A DNA stretch of 64,000 nucleotides from the human T2T-CHM13v2.0 reference genome, Homo sapiens. Made by a program: the position numbers and the translations under genes. Position 1 is the first letter of the stretch. Each line of letters opens with the position of its first letter. Under the pieces are notes generated by a model. That model worked only from the letters and a program-made list of their open reading frames with translations. It searched no databases and was not told the DNA's origin. This document shows, in pieces, positions 1-18,298 of this stretch. The stretch lies in assembly GCF_009914755.1 (NCBI RefSeq), contig NC_060925.1, one strand, 5' to 3'.

Positions 1-559
1 CCTCCTTCCCATCCCAAGATAAAAGAAGAGGCCAGCCCTCTCCTCTGCAAAACCTGGCTTCTTCCTGTCTGCTGGAACCTCATCTCTTTCAAGGCCTCCA
101 AACTCCAGTGCCCCCATTTAGCTCCTCTTCTTTCCACATTTTTAATCTCTTTCTTTCCATTGGCTTCTTCCTCCACCTACAGGCATCACTCGAGCATCCT
201 CTAGCATTTAAAAACACCCACCCTTCCTCTTCTGCTTCTGGATCTCACCCCCCACGCCACCCCCCATTCCCTTCCCTGTTGAATGTCCCAGGGCAGCCTA
301 CATCTCATGACCTCCACTTCCTGACACCCACGTCGTCCACCTCTTAACTTCTTGCCATCTGGCCTTGCCCCCACTTCCTCTAAAACAGTTCTTCTAAAGA
401 CCACCCCTGAATGCAGAGCCGCCAATTGGCCTTTTCTCAAGGCCTCACTTTCTATCACCAAACCGGAGACTCCTCTCCATTTTACTGTGAGATTTCTCTG
501 AACTCTGATCCTCTCCTCTATTCTTTTTGCCACTGGCCTCATGTTCTTACCCTTGTGAC

Positions 560-729
560 TTTTTTTTTTTTTTTTTTTTTTTTGAGACTGGATCTCACTC
601 TGTTGCCTTAGCTGGAGTGCAGTGGCACAATCACTGCTCACTGAAGCCTTAACTCCTGGGCTCATGCGATCCTCTCGCCTTGGCCTCCCAAAGTGCTGGG
701 ATTACAGGCATGAGCCACTGCACCCAGCC
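560..729 (-). mobile_element. Alu monomer (FRAM/FLAM-like)
   Basis: T-tract followed by Alu consensus, ~150 bp. Confidence 0.8.
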
Positions 730-1206
730 CCTTTTGCCTCCAGCTCTCTTGTCTCCAACTCATGCCATCTTTCTAAGCCCAGCAGTTTGGAGTAGAGCCC
801 AACCCTGCTCAAGAGCTTCCCCAAGGCTGGCTGAGCTGCATATAAGCTCAGCCTAGAATTGAAAAGCATCCATGGTTTTCAGCACCACACTTGCTGCCTG
901 CCTGTGACACTCTTTATGTTGGAATATGTCTTGTCTTCCCTGTTAGCCTGTAAGCTCTATGTGGGTAGGGGAGTACAGATTCTGCCTTGTTCACTGTGTT
1001 CACTGCTGCACCCCCAGAGCCTACCACAGTGCTTGGCACATAGCATTTACTGAACTGATGAGTGAGCAAACAAACGAATGAAGGATCTAATGGATGACTG
1101 AAGTTGGCTGTCTCTGTGTGGGAGGAGCCATGGCCCTAACAGGCAGGGCTACAGGTCACAGTAATCCCTTATTTACCATCGCCCCCACCTTGCATCTCCT
1201 CTTGCT

Positions 1207-1423
1207 CCAGAGTGGCGCTGTCTATTAGAATGTCCTGTCATGCTGGGAATATTCTCTATCTGCACTGTCATAAGACTGTAGTTACTAGCCACCGTGGCTG
1301 CCAGGCATTTGACGTGTGGCTAGTACAACTAAGAGCCACCAGTTGAATGCTTAATTGATGCTTAACTGTATTTAATTAATTTAAATTTCAATAGTGCCTT
1401 CCATATTGGCTAGTACAGCTCTA
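1207..1423. mobile_element. MER3-like hAT DNA transposon MITE
   Basis: ctagccac.gtggct...tgtggctagt and ttaattaatttaaattt motifs typical of MER3. Confidence 0.6.
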
Positions 1424-1546
1424 GATATTGATTGGCTGTCACCTAATTACAAACACTTTACAATTCTGGCCCAGACTCTCCTTCCACTCCCCATCTCTTC
1501 TCCCCTCCTGTCCCCCCACCTCAGCCCTTGGAGTCCCAGTCCCCAC

Positions 1547-1743
1547 CTGTTGTAGTAGAAAGAGAAGACGTCCTCTTTTAGCACCCCTTGGGAGATGATG
1601 TTGTCGAAGATAGGGGTGACCCTGCCAATGGCCTGTTCAATGAAGCCCATGCCCACAACCCCATCAAACTCGGCCAGCATGAAGGGTAAGGCGGGCATCT
1701 CCGTGACCTCTCCAAACATCTGTGTCACCGTGATTCCACCCAC
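1547..1743 (-). CDS. REN: Renin exon 5 (the gene continues beyond the window start)
   Basis: [34 protein letters not shown]...VFSFYYNR; acag| and |gtgggg; 197 nt; no later exon recognised in 1-1546. Confidence 0.97.
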
Positions 1744-2707
1744 CTGTGGGAGGAAGGACCAGAGGAGACCAAGCCCACTGCCCACTCCTTGGTTGGAGTC
1801 TGGTCTGGGCTTCCACACTAGGGATCCCAGGGGCACACATGCTCCAGGGTACAGAAATCGGGGTAAGAGTATTTCCTCAACCCTGCACGCACACACTCTG
1901 TGCCAATACACATCTCTGCTGCGGAGCCCAGAGAGAGCTAGAGTTGACCAGGGATCGGAGAGCAGAGGCTGAGAGGGTGGTCCTGCCAAGCAGCAAAAGA
2001 AAAGCTGCCAAGAGCTCCTCCCCTCCCCAGTGGCCAGACTTTCGTGCCTGGCAGGACTGGGTCTTGGCCCCCACCCTTATCATGGGCGAAGGGTTTCTTT
2101 AGCACAGACAAGCTTGCCCTTCTCCCTCCTTTATATCTGAGTTCACAGAAAAAGGAAGGGAGGCAGGAATCACCCTGATTTCCTCTCAGGTGCCACGTGT
2201 GCCCCTCCCCTAACTCTGATGGAGCAGGGCCTGAGAAACTCCAGGATGAGGAAACGGTCAGACATGGGCCACATGGAAAAGAAAAGCAGGCCTTGACCTG
2301 AGTCCCAGAGTCAACCTCAACTGTGACCTTAAAACCTATGCCTGACCCTAAAACTCAGCCTGACTCTGACCCTGGATTTCAGTCTAGGGTGTAGCCCAGT
2401 CAGAGCTGGTGAACTTGGACGAGTTACTTGACTGCAGCCACGGGGCTCAGGACAAGCCCTACATGCAAGTTAGATGCAAAAACATCCACAAACCACCCAA
2501 CGGTGAGCCCGTAGCCCAGGCTTGCTCCCCCATAGGTACTGCTGCTTTGCAGCAACAGCCAGATGTGGCAGAGTAGGGTGTTCCTCAGCTCCCCAGGCTC
2601 CAAGTGGGCTGCAGTGTACCTCCCCGCAGGTGTGGGCCCTGGAGGGTCAGGAGAGGCCTGGGGACAGAAGGGGTCCGGGGCAGATGACCTAGGGCGGCCC
2701 AACTTAC

Positions 2708-2826
2708 GGTGATGATGTCCTGGCTGAGAAAGCCACTGACTGTCCCTGTTGAATAGCGGAGGGTGAGTTCTGTTCCATTGTGCTTGTAGCTGGAGGAATC
2801 CGAAGCATCGAAGAGCTTGTGATACA
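2708..2826 (-). CDS. REN: Renin exon 4
   Basis: [40 protein letters not shown]; ccag| and |gtaagt; 119 nt. Confidence 0.98.
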
Positions 2827-3431
2827 CTGGCAGGGGGACAGAGGCTCAGGTTTGTCCAAGAGTGGCCCAGACAGGGGGACTCAGAGGCAGGGTGCATTGT
2901 GGGTATGGCTGGTTAGCTTAGGTGCAGGGATGAGTGGCCCTAGGGTCAGGGGGCTTGGAATATGTGCTTCATCAATCAAGGACTGGGTTTCTTGGGCTCT
3001 CCTAATGTGCCCATACATCGAGAATTTTGTCCTAAATGAAGGAATTTAAAGTAATCACTAACACTGATAACACCAGAGAAGATGCCAGGCACAGAGTAAG
3101 TGCCTAGTAAGAGGTTGTTGATTAAGACTAGGGATGGAAGAGTTCCGAGTGCCTGGGATGGGTTTGAGAATTCAGTCCTGTCTCAATCTCAGGAAGACTG
3201 GGAAGTGGCCTTCTGGGTGCTCAGGGGTTCTTGGACCTTTTTTTGTTTTTAACCTTGGTGGCTGTATCAGAAAAACGGGAGACATCTTCCCCTCTCCCCT
3301 ACATGTCAGTGGGCACAGAGGCAGAGAGGAAGCCACTCCCTTGGTGGCAAGAGGGATGGGAGCTGGGTGTTGGGCAGGATTGCTCATGCACAGTACGGCA
3401 GGGGGATGGAGGAGAGGCACTGTGGGTCTTA

Positions 3432-3779
<348 letters not shown>

Positions 3780-4061
3780 TCAAAACATTGAGAATGAAGC
3801 AGGAAGCAAACTTGACTCTTGAGGATCCTCTGGGGCAGGAAGCCATCAGGTTGTGCTGGGCCAGGTCACAGAAACCCCCACCTGAGTCACACACCCCTTC
3901 CCACCCACCTGTGACACCTGGCTTGAGGCCTGGGCTGAGTTCCAAACCTAACCCTGCCCCTGAATGGCCCCTGGATGCCTTCCTGTCTTCTGTGCTCAGG
4001 CTTTCCAGCTGGAAAATGGGAATTTTCTAGGGTGCTCACGTGCTACTCAGCGCCTTCGTCA

Positions 4062-4436
<375 letters not shown>

Positions 4437-6713
4437 TCACCTCTGTCGCTGAGGGCCTCTGGAGCATTTATAAGAGTTACTTCTTGTCAAGAGTCAATTT
4501 AGAGGAGTCAGCTGCCCGGGGATTAAATAACCCTGAAGTGACTTCCTTCTGTTGCCTAATTTTGATTAGACAAGGCTATTTGTTTATTGGTCCGTTCATT
4601 CATTTATTCCGTAATCACCTGCTGAACAACTACTTTGTGCCTCACTGTGCTGGACACTGGAGCTAGAAAGATAATGATCATGACTGCCTTTAAGGAACTC
4701 CACCTGGCGGGAGGACAGACAGGAAACAGGCACAGACATTCCCTCTGAAGAGATTAATGCCAGGGAGTGCCCCTGTCAAAACTAGGGGCTGGCGGGGAGA
4801 CAGTGCCATGGGAGGCCGCTAGGTGGCAGCAGATGCCCACAGCAGCTGCAAGGTCTCCAGGATACCAGGGGACAGGCACCCAGCCAGGGCTGTGGTGGAG
4901 TGGACCCCCTGAGCTGGGTTGGGCCTAGAGAGATGCCAGCATCTTCAGAGCGCCATGCACCTCGTCCTTGGAGAGATGTGTCCCGGTCCCTTGGCTTCTT
5001 GTCTAGATGTTTTCCCATCACCTTTGAGAGGCAGAATTAAAGAGACCTAGGAAACTGACTCTACTGAGCCGCTACTGAAATCACACCAACAAGCTAGCTG
5101 TCATCCATTTTATAGATGAGAAAAATGAAGGCTCACAGGGACAAAGGTGACTCAGAAATGTTGAAGCAGGGATTCAGAGCATGTGTCTGGCCCTATTTCC
5201 CATATAGGGTCCCCTGGGTCCCGACATAAAGGCTGCCAAAGCCCAGAGGAAGATGTCTCTAGCTGTTCACGGGAAGGTCCCAGGATGGAAGCCCAAGTTG
5301 ACTCTGCAATAGACTTTCCCATACACACAAAGATTCCCTCTTTCTTCTACTTTCTTCTCAGTGGCTAGTCCTCCTATACTCACACTACCCTTTCCTTCCT
5401 ACATCCTTCTTGCGTCCCATGCATTCTACTTACCCCCATTTTGCCCATGAACATGAATGCAACTTTTATGCCTATCAGCATGGTATTGTAACAGAAATGA
5501 TTTGTTATCTTCCTATCACAGGTTACTGTTACCAAAATATTTTCACAATCATTATTTTATTTGCTCTCATAAGGTGGATGATTTTATTACTCCCACTTCA
5601 CAGCTGGGAACGTGGAGGGTCAGAGGTTTGGCCCCAAAGAGGTTGCATTTCCCACTGTTTACTCACAACAGCCTATGCTTTGGACCTTTACTTCTTGCCA
5701 TTTCCTTTTCAGAAAATCCTTTCCTTCTTCCCTTCCTTTTCCCCCCAGTTCTTTAGTCCTCCAAGGCCCAACATGTACCCCCACCTCCAGGAAGCTTACC
5801 CCAAGGCCTCCAGCCCACACCGGCCTCACCTTCCCGTGGGCCTCAGCTCTGTTTTTCCTTGGGTCTCACAGCCCACACTGTACAGCTTGTGGAACTGGTG
5901 CCGTACGGTGGTGAAGACAGTGGTTGCAGGGGGCATGCCTGAATCCCCTTACCACTTATGTGATTCTGAGAAAGCTACCTAACCTCTCTGGGCCTCTTCT
6001 AAGTCTCCATTAACCCCTCTCTAACAATGGGCCTAATGGTAGTACCTACCTCAGAGTCACTGTGCAGATGAAACCATGCGACCACTGCTCAATAAATGTA
6101 AATTGTAGGTGTGTATATGTACATGTTCACCTTGAGAATGGAGCTCATTCATTCAGCTGTCCCAAGTGCCTCGCATGATGCTCTGCACATAGCGGGTAGC
6201 AAAATTCCTATAATACTGTTTCAAAAGCTGGATTCCCCCTCCACCCCTTGCCCAATTCCATTCTTTTTCTCTTTTGGATAACAGCAGGGGAAGATGTTTT
6301 TACTTTCCTCTACCTTTATCCTGGAGTGCAGCTGCTTTGAAGCACCCATCCTCTTACCCAGTGCTCACAACCCAGCAATTACTCTCCGAGAGCCTCAGAG
6401 CAAGGGAAAGCAGTTTCGGAAGCAAAAGGCCCAGTGTGTGTTGAGGCTTAGCCTCTTACATATCACCTCCCTGAGCCTCAGTGTCCTCATCTGCAAAGTG
6501 GGAATGCTGAGTTGTTGGGGGCATGACTTGAGATGAGACATGTGAAAAGATCCTGTGACACCCTAAGCATTTTATAGGCTTAGCAACTATTACCATTATT
6601 AAAGTGTGCCTCCCTACCTTCAGGACTGCTGGTCATATCTGCTGTCCCCAGATTGAAAACCCCTTTCTCTGTGAGGCCTTTTCTCAAATGCTGTCTCTTC
6701 CCCTTCTTCAGTC

Positions 6714-7012
6714 TTTTTTTTTTTTTTTTTTTTTTTTACATAAGGTCTGGCTCTATCACCCAGGCTAGAGCACAGTGGGTCAGTCTCTGCTCACTGCAGC
6801 CTCCACCTCCCAGGCTGAAGTGATGCTCCCACCTCAGCCTCCCGAGTAGCTGGGACTACAGATTTGCACCACCACACCTAGCTAATTTTTGTATTTGTAC
6901 AGACAAGGTTTCACCATGTTGCCTAGGCTGGTCTTGAACTCGTGAGCTCAAGCGATCTGCCCACCTCAGCCTCTCAAAGTGCTGGAATTACAAGCATGAG
7001 CCGCGTGCCCAG
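6714..7012 (-). mobile_element. Alu (J-like)
   Basis: Dimeric Alu consensus with poly-T. Confidence 0.9.
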
Positions 7013-7065
7013 CTTCCTTCTACAGTCTTAATGAATCACTTGTTCCCACAAGGCCTGGCACCTAG

Positions 7066-7569
<504 letters not shown>

Positions 7570-7746
7570 TGATAAACTGAGACTTGGAGAGGTTAAATAA
7601 CTTGCCCATGATTCCAGACCTAGTTTGTTCTGCTAGTGAAGCAAAATTTAAATGAAGGCAATCTAACTCTATAAGCCTTGCATTTAACCACGATATCAAG
7701 CTGCTTCCCTGGTACAGTTAACTGTACCCATGCCCCGACCCCCGTC

Positions 7747-8035
7747 TTTTTTTTTTTTGAGATGGAGTCTTGTTCTGTCACTCAGGCTGGAGTGCAGTGG
7801 CACGATCTTGGCTCAGCAATCTCCACCTTCCGGGCTCAAACGATTCTCCTGCCTCAGCTTCCCGAGTAGCTGGGGATTACAAGTGCCTGCCACCATGCCC
7901 GGCTAATTTTTGTATTTTTAGTAGAGATGGGGTTTCCCCATGTTGGCCAGGCTGGTCTCAAACTCCTGACCTCAAGTGATCCGTCTCAGCCTCCCAAAGT
8001 GCTGGGATTACAGGCAGGAGCCACCGCGCCCAACC
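7747..8035 (-). mobile_element. Alu (S-like)
   Basis: Dimeric Alu consensus. Confidence 0.9.
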
Positions 8036-8342
8036 ACCCATGCCCTTCTTAATATTCAGGCTGTGAGCTCCTCAAGTGCAAGGGGCATGTCCTAATACTT
8101 CTGAGTTCTCTACAGTGCTTAGTTAGCATGGTGCTCTGGGCAGGAAGCAAAAGTCACAGCTTCTAGACCTGACTACTAGTGTCATTTATTGGGCAAGTCA
8201 CTTGACCTCTCTGAACAGGTCCATACTTCCCTGTCCAGCTGATCGTAAGGACTGAATGACACCGCATGTGGAAAAGCCAGGGTGTTGGGAAGGTGGGAAC
8301 CCTGCACCCCTCCCACCCCTTCTCTGCCTGAGTTACCAATTA

Positions 8343-8710
<368 letters not shown>

Positions 8711-8995
8711 GCAGCCCTCTATCTGGCTTGGCCCTGTGACCCCTGGAGCAGGCAGAGGCTGATGAGAAACAGCACTGCTCAGGGCTAACATCAAAACTGG
8801 GACAAGCGTAAAACCTAGGTTTCCAGCTCCCTAGCCCAGACCCAACCCCTATACCCTGGAAGCTCCATTCTCTATATTAACTTTGGCTTTGTCCCTGACT
8901 GGCCTCTCCCAGGCTACAGCCCAGTTTTCCCATCTAGAACATGGGTGAATCTTCATGACTGGTTTCTTGGCAGGAAAAGCAACAGCTGGTTTAAT

Positions 8996-9832
<837 letters not shown>

Positions 9833-9996
9833 CATAGCCTTGAACAGTCTTTCTGTGTCTGATTACATTCAAGTATTGTTTTCATCAGGTTTGACTTACA
9901 GGTTATCTAAATGGGCTTCCCATAAGAAGAAGCAATCACACTACAGAAAGTTTTTCTTTGCGTTTTTGGTAGCTGGCCTAAGAAACAATTATTTTA

Positions 9997-10290
9997 GGCT
10001 GGGAAACAGTGGCTCATGCCTGTAATCCTAGTGCTTTGGGAGGATGAGGTAGGAGGCTCACGCTCACTTGAAGCTCGTTCAAGACCAGCCAGGGCAATAT
10101 AGCAAGACCCCATCTCTGAAAAAAATTAGCTGGGTGTGGTGGTGCGTGCCTGTAGTCTTAGCTACTGGGGAGGCTGAGGCGGGAGGATCACTTGAGTCCA
10201 GGAGTTCAAGGCTGTAGTGAGCTATGATTGTGCCACTGCACTTTAGCCTGGATGACAGAGTGAGACCCTGTCTCAAAAAATAAAAGGAAA
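9997..10290 (+). mobile_element. Alu (J-like) inside the ERV
   Basis: Alu consensus. Confidence 0.88.
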
Positions 10291-10541
10291 GATTTTACAT
10301 TTTCTCAAGATAATTCCTCATTCTTGTTATCTTTATCAGGTTTTTGATTACTTAGGAAAACTGAGCTTTAGAAAGGTTAAGTCTTTATATTCATGTAACT
10401 TTCTGTATTGCTATTAAAGTCTTTTAATTATCACTTTTGTGAAATGAATAATTATTATTTTACAAAGACCGGCGGTTCTGTTTTGATCAAATGGTTTGAG
10501 GCTTTAACATTTTGACAAATGTCCTCAAAATCTAATCCTAA

Positions 10542-10892
<351 letters not shown>

Positions 10893-12197
10893 CCGCCTTT
10901 TTTCTTTTTGAGCTATTTATAGCTTATAGAAATTGGGTTTACCTTTCTCTCTGTACCTAATATCTCCAGGATTTAAAAAACTATTAAATCCCTCTGGGCC
11001 CAAGGACGCTCATGGAAGAGGTGGGCACAAAACACCTTTTGATGTACTAATTTTACTTTTAAGGAGTAAAATTAGTTCAGATCCTCCAAATATAGGTACA
11101 CAGATGCCTAAACAGCTGATGGCTCAACACATAGAACTTATAGAAAGGTCAGTTTTGTACCTTTGCTATTTGGCTTTTGGTTTTGGCTCTTATGTTACTT
11201 AAAAGGTTTTAAGGGTTAATGAATGCTTGGCCACCTCCCTTACCAAATGGCCTAAAACGTTTAATTGACTACAAGTCTTTTGGCTTTGAGTTCCTTAGCC
11301 ACAGGGATCCTACCAAGGGATGTGATGGACCTGGGGCACATAGCCACAACACCCCCAGCAACAATATGGAACAAAATAAAAGTTTGGCCATTTATGCTGC
11401 CTTTGGTATATCTTGGCCAAATGGGAGAATGTCAACTAAAAATAAAATATTAAGCCCCCTGCTGACTGAATGGACCCCCTCTTGGCTAAGGGGACCCCAG
11501 AAAAACCTTAAAAACTTAGTCTTCAGGTATAATGTGATGGGAAGTCAGATACGCCTCATTATACCCTCTCCCTTTTGTGGTTTAGATACAATAACTAATC
11601 AACACTAATGTTAAAATAGAGGTCATAAGACTGACATAACTGAAATTTTGTGGCAATAAAATACCATATTATAAACAGGACCTAAGGCCATGCCAGGCAA
11701 GAGTTAAGTCATGCATCCTTACACTTAAAGAATAAGCTATATTCTCAATGACACAAGGTTTCTCTTTTTCTCTAGCAGCTAAGCAAGCACTGGCCTTAAG
11801 ACAAGCAATATTAAAACAATTTCAACTCATCCAGTTCATAGATGCTGACTAACTGAACCCCAGTTCCACCAGCCATAACTATAGCTTTGATTGAACAAAA
11901 GACTGATTTCACTAATTTTCTCCTGATAATAAGACTGCTGGCCATGAACTGGTTCTAGCTAGTTATAGAGATTGTGCATTTGCATGCCTTTGTGTTCTGA
12001 AAAGACCTTTTGATGTACAGGGCCTAATTGTAGTACATTTAAATGTTACGCTTTCACCTCAAGGTAAACATGGGTCATATGTAACATGCATGTTTGTACA
12101 ATACGCATGTGTCAGGATCACCTTCATAAATATTCGTAGCTTCTTCTGTAACATACATACATTGAATATGTATGCTTAGCCAACTGCTGTCATAGTC

Positions 12198-12299
12198 CCA
12201 CAGGAGCCCTGGGTAAAATTGACAGTGGGGAACAAACTTATTGACTTTCTTATTGATACAGGGGCAACGTATTCTGTAGTTAATACCCACCTACCTTAA
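12198..12299 (+). pseudogene. Retroviral protease relic
   Basis: PQEPWVKLTVGNKLIDFLIDTGATYSVVNTHLP*; gamma-retroviral protease N-terminus with DTG at 12255-12263. Confidence 0.85.
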
Positions 12300-12383
12300 T
12301 TCAAAGACTATCTATGATGGTGACAGGAGTGTCAGGGGAGCTGTGACTTGTCTCTTCCTGAAACCTTTAGATTATCATCTTAG

Positions 12384-12900
12384 AGACCACAATCCATGGG
12401 AAAAACTGAAAAGATGAACCATACTCTAAAAAGAAGCATTGCCAAAATATATCAAGAAACTAATTTGACTTGGGATAAGATGTTGCTGATTGCTGTTGTG
12501 GATTCGAGTGGCTCCCTCAAGTAGGTTCAAATTGAGCCCCTTTGAAGTATTATCTGGTAGCCCATTCTAGGTTTTTGTCCTGGTGGGAGAACCAACTGAT
12601 GTTTTAAGAGATTTGGCAATTACCAAATATTAAGACTCTAGGCACTATACTAACTTCTGTTCATGAGTTTGCTTCTAGCAGGACCACTCATCCAGCAGAT
12701 GTGGTCCTACATCCTTTTCAACTGGGAAATTAGATCCTCCTAAATACCTGGAAAGAACAAGGACCTGAACACCAATTTGCTGCCAAGTGGACAAGGCCAT
12801 TTGAGCTGCTGGTGAACACACGCTTATCAGTTAAACTTGCTGGAGTAAAGCCATGTGCACATTATACTCAGGTCAAGGCAGTACCACCAGAAGACAGCCC
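12384..12900 (+). pseudogene. Retroviral integrase C-terminal relic (frameshifted)
   Basis: RPQSMGKTEKMNHTLK...W...LSPFEVLSGSP...KWTRPFELLVNT..SVKLAGVKPCAHYTQVK resembles RPQSSG.VE.MN.TLK...LSPFE...W.GPY...VK..G...WIH.TRVK. Confidence 0.85.
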
Positions 12901-12989
12901 ACTAATCCGGAAACCAGGAAAACAGTGGGCTTGTGAGCACTTGAAAGACCGAAAGCTACTGTTTCACAAAAAGATAAGTACAATGAAAA

Positions 12990-14030
<1,041 letters not shown>

Positions 14031-14186
14031 GGCACTACGAAATATTTCCTTAGCCAGGTCAAATGGTTTCATTCCATAGTCACCCCTTGTCAACCCTGTT
14101 TGGCAGGAAGTAGCCAGGTGAGTAATGATGTCTCATTTTCCCCAATCCCACAAGACTGTGGGATGAACCTTTGACAATGGGGAAAT

Positions 14187-14709
14187 TGAAATAGTGGAGG
14201 GAGGCTTAGCATGACTGACTCCATTTTGCCTCTGACCCCCAGGGGTAATATCTTTTAGGTTAAAAGCTTCTGCTTAGCTCTGTACACAGACCAGCTAATT
14301 ATAGATTAGCTTGCAGTTCAACTTAAAAAAATGATAACAGCTCTTTCCCCCAAACTAAGCCCCAAGGAGATAAGGAAGAATACAGAGAAATAACAATGTT
14401 ATGTTAAAGATTTATAGGAACATTGTGACCTGACCTAGAAAAAAGAACTTTTACATACTCCTCAGACCCTTGCTGGCACCCAGGTGTCTGCGGTCATCAG
14501 TCACCTCTTGATCCCAACCTCTTCCTCTTCCCCCTCCCCTAAATGTAAAAAGTAACCTAAAAGTCATGCTGACTTCAGATGGTTCTTTATGACGCTAGTC
14601 CACCATCTTCTTGGTTTTCTGAATAGGGTCGCTTTCTTTGCCCCAACACCTTACCTCTCAGCTTACTTGCTGTTGTGTGGTGAGTGGTGTGTGCTTGGAT
14701 TTGGTTACA
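14187..14709 (+). mobile_element. 3' LTR of the provirus
   Basis: TG...CA termini; preceded by PPT-like aatggggaaat; followed by TSD taat. Confidence 0.88.
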
Positions 14710-15749
14710 TAATCCTCTGGAAGCAGGGAGCTGGGGGAGGAGGGGGTTGTCTATCCTCTGTTGACCTAGTAAGGGTGGGAGAGAAGGGCAGTCTTCAGGG
14801 TTTTGGCTTCTGCTAAATAGAGGTAGGGCAGCTGATCTTCCAACTTATTCTCCTCTTTCTGCTTGGCTCTAACTCCCTTTTAGGCCCTGGTTCTCTGCCT
14901 CATTTCCTTTTCCCTGTAGCTTTACAAGCAGTCAAGTACAGCTCCCCAGACAGACATCTGGTCCCTAAATCCCAGGATGAGTGCTATTTATTCAGGCTAA
15001 GATGCCTATCTTGGCTTTTCCCTGATTATTTTTTAGGGCCCACTTCAAATATTACCCCCTCCTCCATGAAGCAGGCCCTGACTCAGCCTGGAATTGACTG
15101 CTTTCTGCTGTAGGCTTCCACAGCATGGCTACAAGCCCTTCTATGACAGCACCAACTTAGCTGCTTTTGCAGCAGAGTTCTTTATGTATGTATGAATATG
15201 ATTTTTGCCCACAGTGGTGCTTAATATTTATTAAGTGGATGAACTAGTGAACTGCAATGGGCAGTGCAAAGAGCCCTGGGTTGGTGGTCAGGGACTTGGA
15301 TCCTAGTCTTCATTCTACCATAAATTTGCTATGTGATGTTGGATCCCTCCTTTCTCCTCTTTGGACCTCAGTTTCCAAATCTGTACAGTGAAGCAGATGG
15401 CTGGATGGCACCAAGGGTGTCTTCATGCTCTGATACCCTAATATTCTAATATTCTGTGCCTCCAGGGTACTGCCCTCTACACCAGCTCCACACCAGCTGT
15501 GGGCAGTACAGACAATGAGAGGAGCTCATCTCTGTGGCTAATGTTTTGGCTAATTAATGTGTTTTGACCTCAGAGATGATAAGGCCCTTTCCAAACGATG
15601 GACCCTAGTGGTGATTTTTCAGGAACTGTGGTTGGGAGTGGGGGAATTATTTGGGGACAGGGGAATACTTTTAGATCCTTCATGGTAGGGGTATCTTGTC
15701 AGAATAAATGAACATTTATGAAGCACCCCTAAATTGCTCTTTCAGTCCT

Positions 15750-17635
<1,886 letters not shown>

Positions 17636-17639
17636 GAAG

Positions 17640-17986
17640 TGCTACGATGTGAATGTTTGTGTCCCCCAAAATTCATAGGTTGAAATTCTAACCCTCAATA
17701 TAATAGTATTAGGAGGATGAACCTTTGGAGAGGTGATTAAGTCCTGATGGGATTAATGCCCTTATAAAGGGGGCCCAAGGGAGCTCTTTTTTCCCCTTCC
17801 ACCATGTGAGCCACAGCAAGAAGATGCCACTCATGAACCAGGACAAAGGCCCTCGCCAGACACCAAATCTGCCAATGCATTGATCTTGAACTTCTCAGAC
17901 TTCAGAACTGTGAGAGATAAGTTTCTGTGGTTTATAAGCTACCCAGTTTATGGTATTTTTTAATAGCAGCCTGAACAGACTAGGAT
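17640..17986 (+). mobile_element. MaLR solo LTR (MLT1A/MST-like)
   Basis: tgctacgatgtgaatgtttgtgtcccccaaaattcata...cagaactgtgaga..tttctg..gtttataagctacccagtttatggtatttt..tagcagcctgaacagact. Confidence 0.8.
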
Positions 17987-18156
17987 AGAAAGTAAGAAGA
18001 TGAAGACAACATAGTGTAGGCAGCTATTTTGAAAAGTGGAGGAGTAAAAAAGGGGAAAGAGGGTGACGATAACTGGAGGAGAACGAGGACCAGGTGAGAG
18101 GTTTTTCTCTTTCTTCCTCCTCCTTCCCTCCTTCCTTCTCCTCCTCCTCTCCCTGA

Positions 18157-18298
18157 CGAAATGCTTAAAAGGTAGCTTGACTCTTTGTTCGGGGCTCAGT
18201 CCTTTAGATGTTAATCCGACTGGGTCGGTGCACCTAAATAATTAAATAATTCCTCCTCAACCCCTCGGTCTCTCTGATTCCTTAATTATCCCGCTGCA
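18157..18298 (+). mobile_element. 3' terminal fragment of an ERVK-class LTR (LTR3-like)
   Basis: ggggctcagtcctttagatgttaatccgactgggtcggtgcacctaaataa...atcccgctgca ends in CA; family name from recall. Confidence 0.55.

Noticed and set aside
829-853. Short hairpin ggctgagct...agctcagcc
   Set aside because: A 9-bp stem is within chance expectation; no supporting context
1-1546. Search for the 9-nt REN micro-exon after exon 5
   Set aside because: I did not find the expected sequence (tcggaatct on +); it probably lies just outside the window
5410-5982. 190-aa plus-strand ORF in REN intron 1
   Set aside because: TTG start, overlaps MIR-like sequence, no domain or recognisable homology
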